Counted from the first letter of the stretch, positions 26,902-39,967 are shown. The stretch: DNA of 64,000 nucleotides from the human T2T-CHM13v2.0 reference genome, Homo sapiens (GCF_009914755.1 NC_060931.1), one strand, 5' to 3'. Numbers and translations: made by a program. The notes: generated by a model not told the origin, from the letters alone.

Positions 26902-26968
26902 TAAAATTAGATAGGTGAGGTGAGTTTGGGTGGTAAGTAAGTGGGTTCTCGTGCTCTTGAGACAGGGT
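26902..26968. repeat. right arm of the perfect 67-bp inverted repeat
   Basis: Reverse complement of 26315-26381. Confidence 0.95.
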
Positions 26969-27235
26969 TTTGCTCTATCGCCCAGGCTGGAGTGCAGCGG
27001 TGTAATTTTGGCTCACAGCAACCTCCACCTCCTGCGTTCAAGCAATTTTCAAGCCTCCCAAGTAGCTGGGATAACAGGCATATGCCACCATGCCTGGCTA
27101 ATTCTTGTATTTTTAGTAGAGATGAGGTTTCGTCATGTTGACCAGGCTGGTCTCAATCTCCTGGCCTTAAGTGATCTGCCCACCTTGTCCTCCAAAAGTG
27201 AGGAGATTACAGGTGTTGAGCCACCACGCCCTGCC
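26959..27235 (-). mobile_element. AluS (Sz-like) without poly(A) tail
   Basis: Antisense dimer; TSD TCGTGCTCTT (26949-26958) / TCATGCTCTT (27236-27245). Confidence 0.92.
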
Positions 27236-27549
27236 TCATGCTCTTGATACAAACTGAAAATTAGCACACGGATTTTAAAGCCAACTGAAAGATGGAGCAT
27301 TTTTCAGCACCTGTACTCCCTATCCAACAATCACTTCTCCCTCCCCTCCAACTTAAACACCTACCCAATTTCTTTATATAAACCTTACTATAAAAAAGAG
27401 CCAAATAGACAACTATGGATAAGATCTAACTTTTTGTTTTTGTTAGGCTAATGTATCTGATCATGCTTAACTGAGATTGTAGATTTTTTGATGGAAGAAA
27501 TTGTATATTGCTAATAATTTATAGTCTTTCTAGTGTATAATCAAATATT

Positions 27550-27750
27550 TAATAACAATAATAACTAATCCCTATGGTGTGCTTCTATGTGCCATGCACT
27601 TTCATGTATTTTAAATACTTTACATATATTAAATTAACTGAATAGCCACAATAGCTATATTAGCATCCCTGATTTACAGACAAGGAAACAGAGACACTAA
27701 AAGGTTAAATTAAAACAAGGTCATCCAGCTTATAAATGGCAGTCTCAAGG
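27550..27750 (-). mobile_element. MIR
   Basis: TATTAGCATCCCTGATTTACAGACAAGGAAACAGAGACAC..AAGGTCATCCAGCT. Confidence 0.7.
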
Positions 27751-29164
27751 TCACACACATACAAGAGAAATTTTTACTAGCTTGAAAGACCTATGAAAAC
27801 AGATAATTGTACAACTAAAAAAACAAGTAACAAAATATTTCATTGAATGAAAGTTGGCTTCATATTTAATTAGCCATGCCATATCTCATTAACTTCATTG
27901 AAACTTCTGGGAGGAGGGGGTTAGAGTAATCAAAAACAAAGAAACTTCAACCACATAGTAAATAAACAGTCATGGGGCCAAGAATGACCCTAATGAGTAA
28001 AGTATTTTATTATTTCCTTAATTGAGACAATATACTAGTTGAATATTCTAATGCTCTGGCAAAAGATGAATATATATATATATGTAAGGGAGTAAGCATT
28101 ATATATGAAACTGAAGCTATATTATGTCCTTTAATGCTGAAAATATCTATTGGGAATGCCCATTAATTCTCAGATGCCCCTTGTCAGCAGTATATTAAAA
28201 TTACAGCCCTTCCTGACTTTATATTGAGAATTTAAACTACATGTGTTATGTAGCTCTAATCTTACCAGCACCTCAGATGTTATGTTTGTAAACTTACACC
28301 TCCTGGTTCATTTTATAGGATGCAATTAAATGAATAGTTGCAAATCGCTCTGACACAGTAATGTATTTTAGCATGGTAGCTTGATTTAAGGCTACTGACA
28401 CGTTTGTTCAAAAGCCTGAAGATGGAGCGTTATGCTAGACATGAAAAAAGGGGTACCATAAAATCAGATTGTAAAAAGTGCAACGGTCTATATGCCAAGC
28501 ACAAATGCTTCCCCTTACTGTTATTTTGGAGAGCTAAAATGACTTGTCTAAAACCTCATGGTATTAATTCTTCCTACAAAGTCAAACAAAACACTGCTAA
28601 ACCTCTTCAGTAAAATAACTGTACTCCTATTTTAAGCACAATGTTGGAATTTAAACACCTAAGTAGAAACACTAAAATGAAGATTTAATTAAGAAAACAA
28701 AAAATATTTTAGAAATACTTGAAGTTAGGAAAAATAATAATGTAAATACAGTACAGAGGAAGAAATGAATTTCACAAAATACTAAAGGACTGTTAAAGGC
28801 ATTACTCCTTCTCTCTTCCCAAATTCATTTTAATAGCAAATACTTTGGAAAGATGTGGCTTCCTTATAGGTTTCTTTTCTGTAAATCACCTTGGTAATTT
28901 TTATATATTAATTGTCTATGAATCTTTAAGACTGAAATATGGCATAAAGCATTTTGTAACATGTTTGACTATAAAACCCCCTTTTCACAGAACATCTTGG
29001 GGGATTTGAGTTCCACAGAAATCATTTGGAGCTTTTTGAATCAGAAACAAGAGGTTCTTGCCACAGATATATTTATTGGCCTCTAATGAAAATGTGTCCC
29101 CAAGTTCTTTAGGCTCTCCTCTCTCATAAGATTTCCGCTTGATGCTCAGCTCCTTAAAGATAGG

Positions 29165-29169
<5 letters not shown>

Positions 29170-29234
<65 letters not shown>

Positions 29235-30477
29235 CCCCCCCTCCCTCCCTCCCTCCCTCCCTCCGTCTCCCTCTCTCTTTCTTTTGACGGTCTCCCTCTG
29301 TTGCCGAGGCTGCACTGTACTGCCGTGATCTCGGCTCGCTGCAACCTCCCTGCCTCAGGCTCCTGTGATTCTCCTGCCTCGGCCTGCCGAGTGCCTGGGA
29401 TTGCAGGCACGCGCCGCCACGCCTGACTGGTTTTTGTATTTTTGGTGGAGACCGGGTTTCGCCGTGTTGGCCGGGCTGGTCTCCAGCTCCTGACCTCGAG
29501 TGATCTGCCTGCCTCGGCCTCCCGAGGCGCTGGGATTGCAGACGGAGTCTCGCTCACTCAATGCTCAATGTTGCCCACGCTGAAGTGCAGTGGCGTGATC
29601 TCGGCTAGCTACAAACTCCACCTCCCAGCCACCTGCTTTGGCCTCCCAAAGTGCTGAGATTACAGCCTCTGCCCGGCCGCCACCCTGTCTAGGAAGTGAG
29701 GAGCATCTCTGCCCGGCCACCCATCGTCTGGGAGGTGAGGAGCCCCTCTGCCCGGCTGCCCAGTCTGGGAAGTGAGGAGCACCTCTGCCCGGCCGCCCAT
29801 CGTCTGGGATGTGAGGAGCGCCTCTGCCCCGCCGCCCTTCGTCTGGGAGGTGAGGAGCGCCTCTGCCCGGCCGCCACCCTGTCTAGGAAGTGAGGAGCGC
29901 CTCTGCCCGGACGCCACCCCGTCTAGGAAGTGAGGAGCGCCTCTGCCCGGCCGCCCCGTCTGGGAAGTGAGGAGCACCTCTGCCCGGCCGCCCATCGTCT
30001 GGGATGTGAGGAGCGCCTCTGCCCGGCCGCCACCCTGTCTGGAAAGTGAGGAGCGCCTCTGCCCAGGCCCTGTCTGGGAAGTGAGGAGCGCCTCTGCCTG
30101 GCCGCTGTGCAATCTTCCAAGTGTGAAGTGACAGCTTTTCTGCAGTTGTACCCAACAGCTCCAAAGAGACAGCGACCATTGAGAATGGGCCATGATGCCG
30201 ATGGCGGTTTTGTTGAAAAGAAAAGGGGGAAATGTGGGGAAAAGAAAGAGATCAGATTGTTACTGTGTCTGTGCAGAAAGAAGTAGACATAGGAGACTCC
30301 ATTTTGTTCTATACTGAGAAAAATTCTTCTGCCTTGGGATGCTGTTAATCTATATAACCTTACCCCCAACCCCGTGCTCTCTGAAACATGTGCTGTGTCA
30401 ACTCAGGGTTAAATGGATTAAGGGCGGTGCAAGATGTGCTTTGTTAAACAGATGCTTGAAAAAAAAAGAAAAAAAAA
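29170..30477 (+). mobile_element. SVA retrotransposon, SVA_A-like, with 3'-shortened SINE-R
   Basis: CT-rich head, antisense Alu-like domain (~29285-29660), GC-rich VNTR of GTGAGGAGCGCCTCTGCCCGGCCGCC units (~29660-30105), SINE-R and poly(A). Perfect 14-bp TSD AAAGATAGGACAGT (29156-29169 / 30478-30491) at a TT|AAAG L1 endonuclease site. Confidence 0.96.
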
Positions 30478-31420
30478 AAAGATAGGACAGTGTCATTCAT
30501 CATTGACTCCTCAGCCTAACACATTGTATGAAGCATATTAAGAACTCAATAAATATTTGTTAAACTTCCCTATTCGAGATTTTGTTATTAAGCTTCCGTC
30601 TCGTTTTACTTTCTCCTTTTTTTCTCCCTGAATCTAGATTCACTGATTGACTATTTAAGTCTGGACCTTTCTAGTTCCTTATTTAATGTTCTCAGAGCCA
30701 AAATATGATTAGAGGCCCAAACATAACTTCCTAGTGCGCACAAGGTTTTTGATAAACAACCAGACCTTTTGACCAGGAATCAGAATTATGTATATACGAG
30801 GACCTCAGTTATACTCACCCAATCCAATTTCGTATTGGCACAGCTCAGAGAACTGGTTATCTTCCTTGAGTTTTTCTTTCTTTCTTTATTTCTTTTTCTT
30901 TCTTTCTTTTTCTTTCTTTCTTTTTTCTTTCTTTCTTTCCTTTCTTTGTTTCTTTTATATAAAATATTTCAAATATACAGAAATATAGAGGATAATTTTT
31001 AAAATGTGCTCAATTTATGGCCTAACAAAATATTAACATTGTGCCATACTTAATAAAATATTACAGATATACTCAAAGTCCTCTTTGTATCCCTCCCATT
31101 ACTATTTCCTTATTCTAAAAGGTAACCACTATCCTAATGAAGTCAGTGTGAATTCACATGTTAATATCTTTACTATATATTGTGCACCCACCCACAGTTG
31201 ATAAATATCCTTTTGTTGTGTTATGAATATACACAATGATAACACTTGTATATACCATTCCTGCACTTGCTAAAAGTTCACCATTATGCTTTCAAGATTT
31301 ACCTGTGTAACACATGTAAATCTAATGTGTTCATTTAAACTTCTATGTAGGATTGTACACATATGAATTTTACCATGTTTTTTAACCCAGTCTCCTATTG
31401 CTGAGCATTAGACTTTGTTG

Positions 31421-31889
31421 TGTTATCGTTTTTAGAAATGCCCCACCTAGATCTCTTTTACCCAGACAGAGCATCCACCAGCAGTCACTCTGAGTGCTGG
31501 CTGCTGACAGCTCACAGCTGCCCCTTTATCCAGACATTGCCCTTGGCTGGCAGGAGCTTCTTTGCCCTGGACATGACACCTCTCCACCCCACATACACAC
31601 CTTAGGAAACCTACAATCCATTGTGAGTGACTGACTGGTATGAGATACAAAAAGACTCCTTGCCTCAAGGAAGAAACCCTTGAATGGGATTTATATTCCA
31701 AAGTTTCTCATGGATCCATCCAAAATAAGGCTTCTTCACCTGAGACCATACTCTTGCTTGGCATTTCTCATCCAAATCCTCTTCCCTCAGCAGGATCCTT
31801 ACAGGTTTCTCCAGAAAAGTGTATTGTCAGTAAGTGGTATACACCAGAATCATCTCAGACTCTGCTCCTAAGGAACTCAACCTAAGACA
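31421..31889 (+). mobile_element. LTR16C-like (ERVL) LTR
   Basis: TGCTGGCTGCTGACAGCTCACAGCTGCCCCTT internal motif; AGGAACTCAACCTAAGACA end. Confidence 0.75.
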
Positions 31890-31922
31890 AGGCCACTAGT
31901 ATTAACACTATTATAAAATGTT

Positions 31923-32212
31923 GACCGGCGCCATAGCACACATCTGTAATCCCAACACTTTGGGAGGCTAAGACAGGAGGATCACTTGAGCCCAGAAGTT
32001 TGAGACCAGCATGGGCAACATAGCAAAATCTTGTCTATACAAAAAATTTAAAAATTAGCCAAGCATTAGCCAAGCTAATGGTGGTCTCAGCTACTCAGAA
32101 GCCCAAGGCAGGAGGATGGCTTGAGCCTAGCAGGTAGATGCTGCAGTGAGCCATGATTGTGCCACTGCACTCCATTCTGGGTGACAGAGTGAAACTGTCT
32201 CAAAAATAAAAT
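31923..32212 (+). mobile_element. AluJ
   Basis: Diverged dimer, GGATCACTTGAGCCCAGAAGTTTGAGACC, A tail. Confidence 0.9.
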
Positions 32213-32504
32213 AAAATGTGCTCATCCCTAAGCAGATTTGTCAAGGGGTTGCTTGAGTATATATCCCAACTGCTACCTAGTAAAATCAGCTTAACTTCAA
32301 TTCAGATAGATGTTACCAAATTGCTTTAGAGTAGTATCCATTTACACAACTATTCTCATTTCATGAGAGTTACCATTTCCCAACCATATCTCCAGCACTT
32401 GCCAGATACATTAAATTTTGGTAATTTAGTTGGGAGTGAAATGATGCATCTATCCCATCCTTTGTTCTGGGTTGTTGGCTCTTTATTTAAAATATAGCAA
32501 AATA

Positions 32505-32800
32505 GGCCGAGTACAGTGGCTCACACCTATAATCCCAGCACTTTGGGAGGCGGAGGCAGGATGATCACTTGAAGTCAGGAGTTCAAGACCAGCATGGCCA
32601 ACATGGTGAAACCAGGTCTCTACTGAAAATACAAAAATTTAGCCAGTCATGGTGGCAGGTGCCTGTAATCCCAGCTACTAGGGAGGCTGAGAATCGCTTG
32701 AACCTGGGAGGAGGAAGTTGCAGTGAACCGAGATGGTGCCACTGCATTCCAACCTGGGCAACAGAGACTCTGTCTCAAAAAAATAATAAAATAAAATAAA
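32505..32800 (+). mobile_element. AluS (Sz/Sx-like)
   Basis: Dimer with A-rich tail followed by AT-rich low-complexity sequence. Confidence 0.92.
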
Positions 32801-32929
32801 CTACATCAGAATAAAAATATAAAATGAAAAACATAAACTATATTTAAAATTAAATTAAATATTTAAATAAATAATAAATTATGTATAATAATAAAATATA
32901 TCTTAATATATTTTATTATTTTAAATATA

Positions 32930-33165
32930 GGAGTTACCATGTGCCTTATAAATGTTCAGACACTTTACTGATATTAATTTATCTAATCCTTTTAAGGTAC
33001 CCATGAGGCAGTTACTATTATGATTATACCCATTTTGCAGATGAAGAAACTAAGTCACAGAGAGATAAGTAACCTGATCAATGTCACACAGATAGAAAAT
33101 AGCAGAGCTTATATTTAAATCAAAGCAGTCCAGCTAAGCAATCCATGTGTTTAATCACTATATTC
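32930..33165 (-). mobile_element. MIR
   Basis: ATTATACCCATTTTGCAGATGAAGAAACTAAGTCACAGAGAGATAAGTAACCTG. Confidence 0.8.
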
Positions 33166-33299
33166 ATGCTATCTATTAACTTCATCCTTTAGTAGTTCTT
33201 TTAATACTGATCTGTGCCTAGTAATGCTATTGGAATTTGATTCTCTTTTTTCTAAAATTATTGTTGTTTAAATAAATAAATAAAACTTTACCTACCAAG

Positions 33300-33764
33300 T
33301 GTGGTCAGCTGAATAATGTCCCCTTCCCAAGATGTCCACATCCTAATCCCTGGAACCTGTGAATGTTCATTTACTTGGCAAAGGGAACTGTGAAGGTGTG
33401 ATTAAGTCAAGGGTTTTGAGATGAGGAGATTATCCTGGATTATCCAAGTAAGCTTTAAGTGTAATCACAAGTGTTCTTATAAGAGAGGTAGGGAGACATT
33501 GGACTACAGAAGTAGATGTGACAGTGGAAGCCTAAGATTGGAGTGATACAAGAAAGGGTTCAGTCCCCAGATGCTAGAAAAGTCAAACAAACAAATTCTT
33601 CCCCAGACCGTCCAGAAAAATATGCCCTACCAATGCCTTGATTTTCACCCTGGGTGACTGACTTCAGACTTCTGGCCTCCAGAATTGTAAGAGAATAAAT
33701 GTGTGTTGGTTTAAGCCACTAAAATTGTGGTTATCTGTTACAGTAGTAATAGGAAACTAATACA
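33300..33764 (+). mobile_element. MLT1D LTR
   Basis: TGTGGTCAGCTGAATAATG..AAGATGTCCACATCCTAATCCCTGGAACCTGTGAATGTT start; AATAGGAAACTAATACA end. Confidence 0.88.
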
Positions 33765-33769
33765 AGAAT

Positions 33770-34165
33770 GCATGCAAAACTCCAGGACTTGAGAAACAAT
33801 ATTTCCTCTCATGGATCTGGATCTGTGGGTCAGCTGATCTCCTCCATGTTCAGCTGGGGATGGCTCTGCTCTTCATGTCTCTCACCCTCTTCGTGGGACC
33901 AGTGGGGTGACCTAGGCATGTTCTTCCCATGGCCATGGCATCAGAACAGGAGAGCAAGTGAAAACTCACCCTCAAGATTTAGGTTTGAAATTGACACACT
34001 GTCATTTCCACTTCATTCTATTGGCCATGGTAAGTCATGTGGCTGAATCCAGAATCAAGAGGTGGAGAAAAACACGCCACCCATTTTTGTGGGAGTTATT
34101 GCATGGCACTTCACAGTTCTCCCATAAAAGGGGTGGAGAATTTGGGGCTAATAATGCAATGTGTC
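33770..34165 (-). mobile_element. old MLT1 (J/K-like) LTR
   Basis: CACTGTCATTTCCACTTCATTCTATTGGCCA..AAGTCATGTGGCTGAATCCAGAATCAAG. Confidence 0.6.
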
Positions 34166-34170
34166 CCAAC

Positions 34171-34506
34171 TTTTATTTTATTTTATCATTTATTTATTTA
34201 TATTTTTTGAGACAGGATCTCCCTCTGTCATCCAGGCTGGAGTGCAGTGGCACAATCACAGCTCACTGCAGAATTGTCAGATAATAAATGTGTGTTGTTT
34301 TAAGCCACTTGAACTCTGGGATTCAGGTGATCCTCCCACCTCAGCCTCCGAAGTAGTACAGGTGTACAGCACCACACCTGCTATTTTTTTTTCCATATTT
34401 TTAGTAGAGATGGGGTTTTGCCATGTTGCCAGGCAGGTCTTGAGCTCCTGGGCTGAAGTGCCTCCCAAAGTGCTAAGATTACATGTGTGAGTCACTGCAC
34501 CTGGCC
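34171..34506 (-). mobile_element. AluJ carrying an internal MLT1-derived insert
   Basis: Antisense Alu with TSD CCAACTTTT on both sides; foreign ~38 bp at 34272-34308. Confidence 0.9.
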
Positions 34507-34531
34507 CCAACTTTTTTTATTCTATTTTTAA

Positions 34532-35740
<1,209 letters not shown>

Positions 35741-37450
35741 CTAATTTTTTTTTTAATTCCACGGTTCTCTGTGTTTTGGAACAATCCTTTCAGTGCTGTT
35801 CCACTCTTGTTTCTTCCGGGGCCTGTGAGGTTTATAAGTTCCAGTGCAGCATTGGTGTTAATTTCTCAGTGTGGGATTCCTGCACCCCAGGAGTGGTGTA
35901 AATTCAGGACTCACACCTGCTCGGTGCTGACTTAGGTTTCCAGTTCCTCGCAGATTTCTTTATCCAACCTACCCTGGGCCTGCCCCAGAGGGTAGAGTTT
36001 CTGTAGTCCCATTTCCTATAAGGGCCCCGTTTGTGTAGCAGACTGTCCCAGCGTCTACCTCACACAGATCTAAGGCTTCATCTCCTGTCTCTGATCTGGA
36101 CTCCATCCCAACCCTCAAATCAGCCTGATTGGGAAAGTTCTGTGAGCCTCTATGGCTGTAACTTCCACTTGCAGATCTGGTCTTTTGTTCTTTCTTTATT
36201 TCTGGTACCAGGAATTTTTACTTTCCTTCTTTCAAGTTTGGCTGCTTGCTATTAAAAATGGATACACTTTCCAACATTTCTGTATTGGAGCAAGAGATAG
36301 ATTCATCCATCATCATCTCCTTTCATCATGTTTAGAGGGAGTCTCTGCTTTGATTTCCTGCTGTGTAGTTCATATCTTGTTCAGGGATCCTATTAATTTT
36401 CCAGTCCCTCTTTAGAACTGGGACCCTGGTATAAAACCAGCTAATACCAACGGGCCCTCACGTCTCCTTCTATCCTTCCTTCCCCAGGTTGAATCCTCCA
36501 GTCCCAAGCACCACTATACAAAAGTCTTCCAAAACCGACCAACCACTGTCCACCTGGTTAGATTTCTTGGTTAGAGCAGTCCTACCATATTTGACCTGCT
36601 TCCAAAGTCAAGCCAGAGGTTGTGACAGTGTTGGAATGCTAAACAGATGACCCTCACTGAATGTCTACCTCTATATAAAGGTCACTTCCACCTACCTATT
36701 CCCCACCTATGAGCTACACACCGTCGAGCAAATCGCTGCTAGCTGATGGACTAGGCCTCAACAATCCACTCTTCTATACTCACTGAAATGTCCTCAAGAA
36801 TATAGTAAAATTATACTAAACAAATATCTAACTAGCTAGAGCCCCCAGTTCAACCTTTCTGATCCCAAACCATTGCTAAAACTCTATTTTGAAGACAAGG
36901 GAAAAGAAGCACATCTTGAGAAAGTTTTTATCGAGGATTTGTTCAAATAATCAATTATCTGGTTATGTGCTAATGTCATACACATTCATCCCAATCTCTG
37001 AGTGTACAATGGTTATTGACATTCAGACAAATCAATCTGAGACACTAGAAATTCTCATTGGCCAAAGGAAGATTAATGGACATTCTGTATGTGCTGTGAC
37101 AGTAAAGACTATGAATACATTTTTTAAAGATTTTCAGTAAGAATTGAAAATGAAACATTTATTAAGTTAAAAAGAAAAAATAAACAAAATAGATATTAAC
37201 CAAATATTCCCATTAATTGAGGCATTTCTGTACAATACCCCTATTAAGGTATAGTATTAATAAAATTTTTCTGTTTCCTGAAATTATTTTCCATAGATGT
37301 TTAAAACTAGATTATAAATTTAATTCACCTTGTGAAAATCTGCAATAAATATTACCTTTTGACATAGTAAAAAAAATCAATAATGCAATTTTGAAGTTGA
37401 CTTTTTAATGTGACCTACATCAGGATGGGTACTGCTGAGAAGTCTTTGGA

Positions 37451-37567
37451 AGCCAGGCGTAGAAGCACACGCCTGTACTCACAAGTACTCAGGAGAATGA
37501 GACAGGAGGATTTCTCGAGTCTAGCAGCTCAAATCTAGCCTGGGCAACGTAGTAAGATTCTGTCTCT
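37451..37567 (+). mobile_element. FLAM (free left Alu monomer)
   Basis: AGCCAGGCGTAG..CACGCCTGTA...AGCCTGGGCAACGTAGTAAGATTCTGTCTCT monomer. Confidence 0.8.
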
Positions 37568-38559
37568 ACATGTATATAATATATACATATCCTTTTATAT
37601 TTTTTACAGCTGATTTGTGTAATATTAAATATCTTTATATGGAGTTTAAGTGACTGGAGATATGATTTGATACATAACATGACTAAACCATGAAGGGAGA
37701 ACTGTGTTATCAATAGAGGTCTATATTCCTCTTAAAGGTACAGAAAGAATATTCTTCTGACACAGGTAATTAATGAGGCAGCTGTTATAATATGCCACAC
37801 TTCATTAAAATTCAGCTGCCTAGCTATTATAATTCCCTATCTCTTTAGATTGAAAAGTATCTAATGTAATTATTTCTTATTTTATGATAGACTAAGTATA
37901 ACATAAAAATATTTGTAAACCACTGACATTAATGGAACAGAAAGAATGCTGCAATAAGTATCCAGATAGGCTTTGCTTTTAACTAAGACATTTCTAATAC
38001 TAAAATAGAATTGGATTTGCTTAGGAAGTTCTAGAGGTTGATTTGGTCTTTCCTTCAAGGGCTGTCTAATATGGTAGCTTCCATTAATTGTAGTGCCTGT
38101 TTGTGATTTAATTTCCAAGAGTTTAAGTTGCTTGCAGCAGTGGTACTGTCCCTCGGACTTTTCCAGCCACTGGTTGCCAAGACTTTATGATTTTGCCCTT
38201 AAACTGGGCATGTAGCTCTCTCCTTTTTTCTATTCTAATGAATATTCCCACAATATAAAAAGACATTTCTTTAGCTAGACTTTGATTTTCACAATGTGGC
38301 TTTCTGTTAAACCAAATTCCTTTTTAAGAGACTTTATTTTTCTTCACTAAATGCAATTAATATTTAAATCTATGTTACTAAATACTTTTAAACCATTTCA
38401 CTAATATTTCCTCATGTTAATTTTTTGCTGTTTTCTGAACTTCCAAATCAAGTGCGCATTAATTTTAGAGTGGTGATAAAAAGGTGGATTTTCCAAAAAG
38501 ATAACTCCATGAAGGTTTTCTTGTCATCTGTGAGTGGACAGTCTGTGAAAATAATCAAG

Positions 38560-38700
38560 GCACTTGATAGTGTGACATAGGTCAGGCTTTGGAGCCAAAT
38601 AGACCTGGCTTCAAATCTATACTTAGTAACTCTACGAGTTGCTTAACTCTCTGAACCTCATCTTTCTCATTTATCAAATGAGGACAATAATTATTAGCTC
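38560..38700 (+). mobile_element. MIR
   Basis: GGCTTTGGAGCCAAATAGACCTGGCTTCAAATC..CTTAACTCTCTGAACCTCA. Confidence 0.75.
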
Positions 38701-39668
38701 TTGCAAGTAAAGGAGGCAAGATAAGAAAAGCAGAACTGTTATTAGCTCATTTTTCTATTCTAAGGATGTTCATATTTTTTGCTTCTGACAAGAAATAATA
38801 ATTGACATATTATATATGCTCAGTCTATCAACTAAAGGAGTAGCATGCTTCTCATTTATTCTCTTGAGTTACTTCCTAGCAACAGGAGTTGTTGGGAGCA
38901 GATGGAGACAGTTTGTAACGTCAACCAAGAATAATGCAAAATGTTATCAGTCTTACCTTAAATTAGTTTGTGTCAGTTAACAAAGTGCTGAGCAATTGCT
39001 CAAGTCCATGTTGTGCCCCACACAAAGGGGTGTCTGTACCTCAAAGACTGAGTTGGAAATAAAAACCCAAAGCCTCCAAAGAAGAAGCGAGAAAGAAGAC
39101 CTCTGTCTGCACTGACTCTGATTGGCATCTCTCTGATAGGAATCTAAGTCACTGCGATTTTTCCAGAAGATAAGGAAGTTCTTTTTCTTTAAAATGTTCA
39201 TGTTGCCTAATGTAAGGAATTGCTGGCCTTTATCAGTTTTTAAGCCTTGGATCCTGGGCCACTAATTACCTGGAAGTCTAGAGAGATCCAGGAAGCATAT
39301 ATAAAAGGCTGGTTTTCCAAAAGAGATTGTGCTTCAATTTCCCAATGTCCCAGTCTTTACTGTTGCCATGACCAGGTGCATGGGCTCAGCTAGTGCATTT
39401 GCATACTCCTCACTTCTAATCCCTGCCTGCCTGCTACACACCTTCTGGACCCTGACTGCTGCTCTCACAGTAGAGCACCTGTCAGGTTCTTACCCAAGTT
39501 TCTGTGATTTCTTAATACTGATCATTCCCCTTAGCTGCACTCAGTCTTTCCTTAACTAACTCAACCCAGGCTTCTATCCCTGCCTTTCCAATCTATTGTC
39601 ATTCCCAACTCCAATGTGATAACTCCCCCTCAAACCCCACCACCCGAAAAAACAGAAATAAAAATGCT

Positions 39669-39967
<299 letters not shown>

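Larger units (their letters stand above)
30870..32490 (-). mobile_element. old L1M with T-rich tail, interrupted by LTR16C and AluJ
   Basis: (TTTC)n tract, then AGGTAACCACTATCCT, TTTTTAACCCAGTCTCCTATTG and TACCAAATTGCTTT antisense L1M motifs. Confidence 0.6.

Noticed and set aside
29660-30105. Regularly spaced direct repeats superficially like a CRISPR array
   Set aside because: This is the SVA VNTR: no unique spacers, no cas genes, primate context.
28985-30369. Long ORFs (190, 177 and 148 aa) on the minus strand
   Set aside because: They lie in the SVA CT tract, Alu-like domain and GC-rich VNTR; these are repetitive translations with few stop codons, not genes.
39295-39309. Strong TATA-like GCATATATAAAAGGC
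   Set aside because: Isolated motif in AT-rich DNA with no other promoter or exon evidence.
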